64,000 nt of DNA from Chloroflexota bacterium (GTDB lineage Bacteria; Chloroflexota; Dehalococcoidia; SHYD01; JACQUQ01), in the NCBI GenBank assembly GCA_016210175.1, contig JACQUQ010000025.1:142-64141 (forward strand), written 5' to 3'. The translations under genes were made by a program, and so were the position numbers. The notes below the pieces were generated by a model. The model searched no databases and was not told where the DNA came from. It saw only the letters and a program-made list of their open reading frames with translations. Positions 62,806 through 64,000 of the stretch are shown one piece after another (the stretch's first letter is position 1; each line of letters begins with the position of its first letter).

Positions 62806-63657
62806 GAGCGTCTAACAAAACCTTGGGGAGTGGTAAGCTTGAAGGATGAGCAAGCCACTCCTGCCCGATGAACTGTGGAGCGTCATTGAACCGCTCTTGC
62901 CGGCGGAGCCGCCCAAGCCCAAAGGGGGACGGCCCCGGCTCTCTGACCGGAAGGTGCTGACCGGTATCCTGTTCGTGCTCAGAAGCGGCATCCCCTGGGA
63001 GCTGCTGCCCCCCGAAATGGGCTGCGGCAGCGGGATGACCTGCTGGCGTCGCCTGCGCGACTGGCAAGAAGCCGGCGTGTGGCAGCGCTTGCACCAGGTG
63101 CTGCTGGACCGCTTGGGTGCTGCCGAGCAGATTGACTGGTCCCGTGCCAGCCTGGACAGCGCCACCGTCCCCGCAAAAAGGGGGGCGAAAAGACCGGTCC
63201 GAATCCAACGGACCGCGGCAAACCGGGCACGAAGCGCCATCTTGTGGTCGACGGCCACGGCATCCCGCTCGCCATAACGCTGTCGGCGGCCAACGTTAAC
63301 GACGGCCCGATGCTGGAAACCACGGTCGATGCCATTGCGCCGATTCGCCAGTGGCGGGGTGGGCGTCGTCGCCGACCGGACCAACTGCATGCGGATAAGG
63401 CGTATGATTCCCGCCGCTGCCGTCGTGCCTTGCGTGCTCGGCGCATCCGGCCGCGGATCGCTCGCAAGGGAGTCGAAAGCAGCGAGCGGTTAGGCCGGCA
63501 TCGTTGGGTGGTCGAGCGCACGCTCGCTTGGTTGAACCGCTTTCGGCGGTTGACGATCCGCTATGAACGGCGAGCCGACCTACACCAAGCCTTTCTTGAC
63601 CTGGGCTGTGCCCTGCTCTGCTGGAACTTCCTCCAGCGCCTGTTTTGTTAGATGCTC
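62806..63657 (+). mobile_element. IS5-family (IS427-group-like) insertion sequence, 852 bp
   Basis: 16-bp terminal inverted repeats GAGCGTCTAACAAAAC (62806-62821) and GTTTTGTTAGATGCTC (63642-63657), with 1 mismatch. Flanked by direct TTA (62803-62805 and 63658-63660). Confidence 0.85.
62846..63651 (+). CDS. IS5-family transposase, two frames joined by a predicted -1 frameshift
   Basis: ORF A is 62846..63277 and ORF B is open to 63651. The slippery run CAAAAAGGGGGG lies at about 63174-63185. After a -1 slip the frame reads [25 protein letters not shown], the usual continuous sequence of this family. DDE region includes HADKAYD. Confidence 0.85.
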
Positions 63658-64000
63658 TTAGAAGGCATGCTCCTGCTCTGGAACTAGGCCATTCGCTGGT
63701 ATCGGCGCCTCACGTGAGCGCATAGCATGGGGCGCCGATACCCTGGAGGCCTTGCTCCGGCACTAATTGGACGACGAAAAGCGGATGGCGCGGTAGATCT
63801 CGGTGTTTTCCTCGGCAGAGCGGGTCCAGCCGCAGTAGGGGCAGGTGGCGGGAGGGGTGTCGTATAGTCCCGGAAGTTCACGATTGGGGCTGGTATATCG
63901 TTATGTGGTCCAAGGCTTGTGCACGATCCTCGAATTCTGCAGAAGTGCGCCAATCGCCTCGGCGGAGTTCATTGGGCAGATCGAGAAACTAGCTCGCGCA

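Noticed and set aside
63684-63953. 89-aa minus-strand ORF after the IS, and a nearby frame encoding ...ATCPYCGWTRSAEENTEIYRAIRF.
   Set aside because: The first is Pro/Arg/Ala-rich and looks spurious. The second has no start codon and is probably a gene fragment cut by the window end or decayed.

Overview
Visibly GC-rich bacterial DNA (G+C not computed; by eye about two thirds). It is gene-dense and almost entirely accessory or mobile. No rRNA, tRNA or CRISPR array was recognised.

Layout, left to right:
1. 1-5400 (minus): the 5' part of a large N6-adenine methyltransferase, translationally coupled to an SNF2 helicase. This resembles a DISARM class 1 or type IIG pair and is cut by the window edge.
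2. 5553-10943: an SOS mutagenesis cassette (imuB, a small DUF6504-like ORF, dnaE2, an SRAP/YedK-like gene) behind a GAAC-N4-GTTC LexA-type box.
3. 11398-21152: a recombination and stability block. It holds a zinc-ribbon SF2 helicase, two overlapping tyrosine recombinases (Tn554 TnpA/TnpB-like pair), AbiEi/AbiEii, an orphan NPPY methyltransferase, and an Xre(DUF2384)/RES pair.
4. 21400-26150: a PRTRC-type ubiquitin-like cassette (E-like, Ubl, F-like, E2-like, JAB, ThiF/E1, plus one unknown).
5. 26246-31816: a cargo-less Tn7-like transposon (fused TnsA-TnsB, TnsC/TniB, TniQ), inserted exactly at the stop codon of an accessory dnaN.
6. 31812-47653 (minus): a plasmid/phage-like replication and DNA-modification block. 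It holds dnaN, a Mom-like GNAT, an NrdG-like radical SAM protein, DUF2997, DUF1257, a Ycf46-like AAA+, RadC, SSB, a CHC2-Toprim primase, a UvrD-like helicase, a truncated serine recombinase and a TSCPD protein.
7. 47969-50144: mostly non-coding or decayed DNA.
8. 50145-57186: a Tad/Flp pilus locus, followed by exported proteins and a 1208-aa LysM / degenerate FtsK-like / SARP protein.
9. 62806-63657: an IS5-family (IS427-like) insertion sequence.

Best leads:
- The Ubl-E2-JAB-E1 cassette, whose Ubl carries a 74-aa extension after an internal GTKG.
- Terminal beta-clamp-binding-like peptides on three island proteins, next to an island-encoded clamp.
- The Tn7-like element sitting on the dnaN stop codon.
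- A five-gene AAA+/DUF1257/DUF2997/radical-SAM/Cys-rich cluster of unknown function.
- 11-bp-phased heptamer arrays that fit the binding mode of the SARP domain encoded in the same locus.

Method and limits: all family assignments come from motif recognition by eye, not from searches. Starts were refined by in-frame residue arithmetic from the ORF track plus Shine-Dalgarno inspection.
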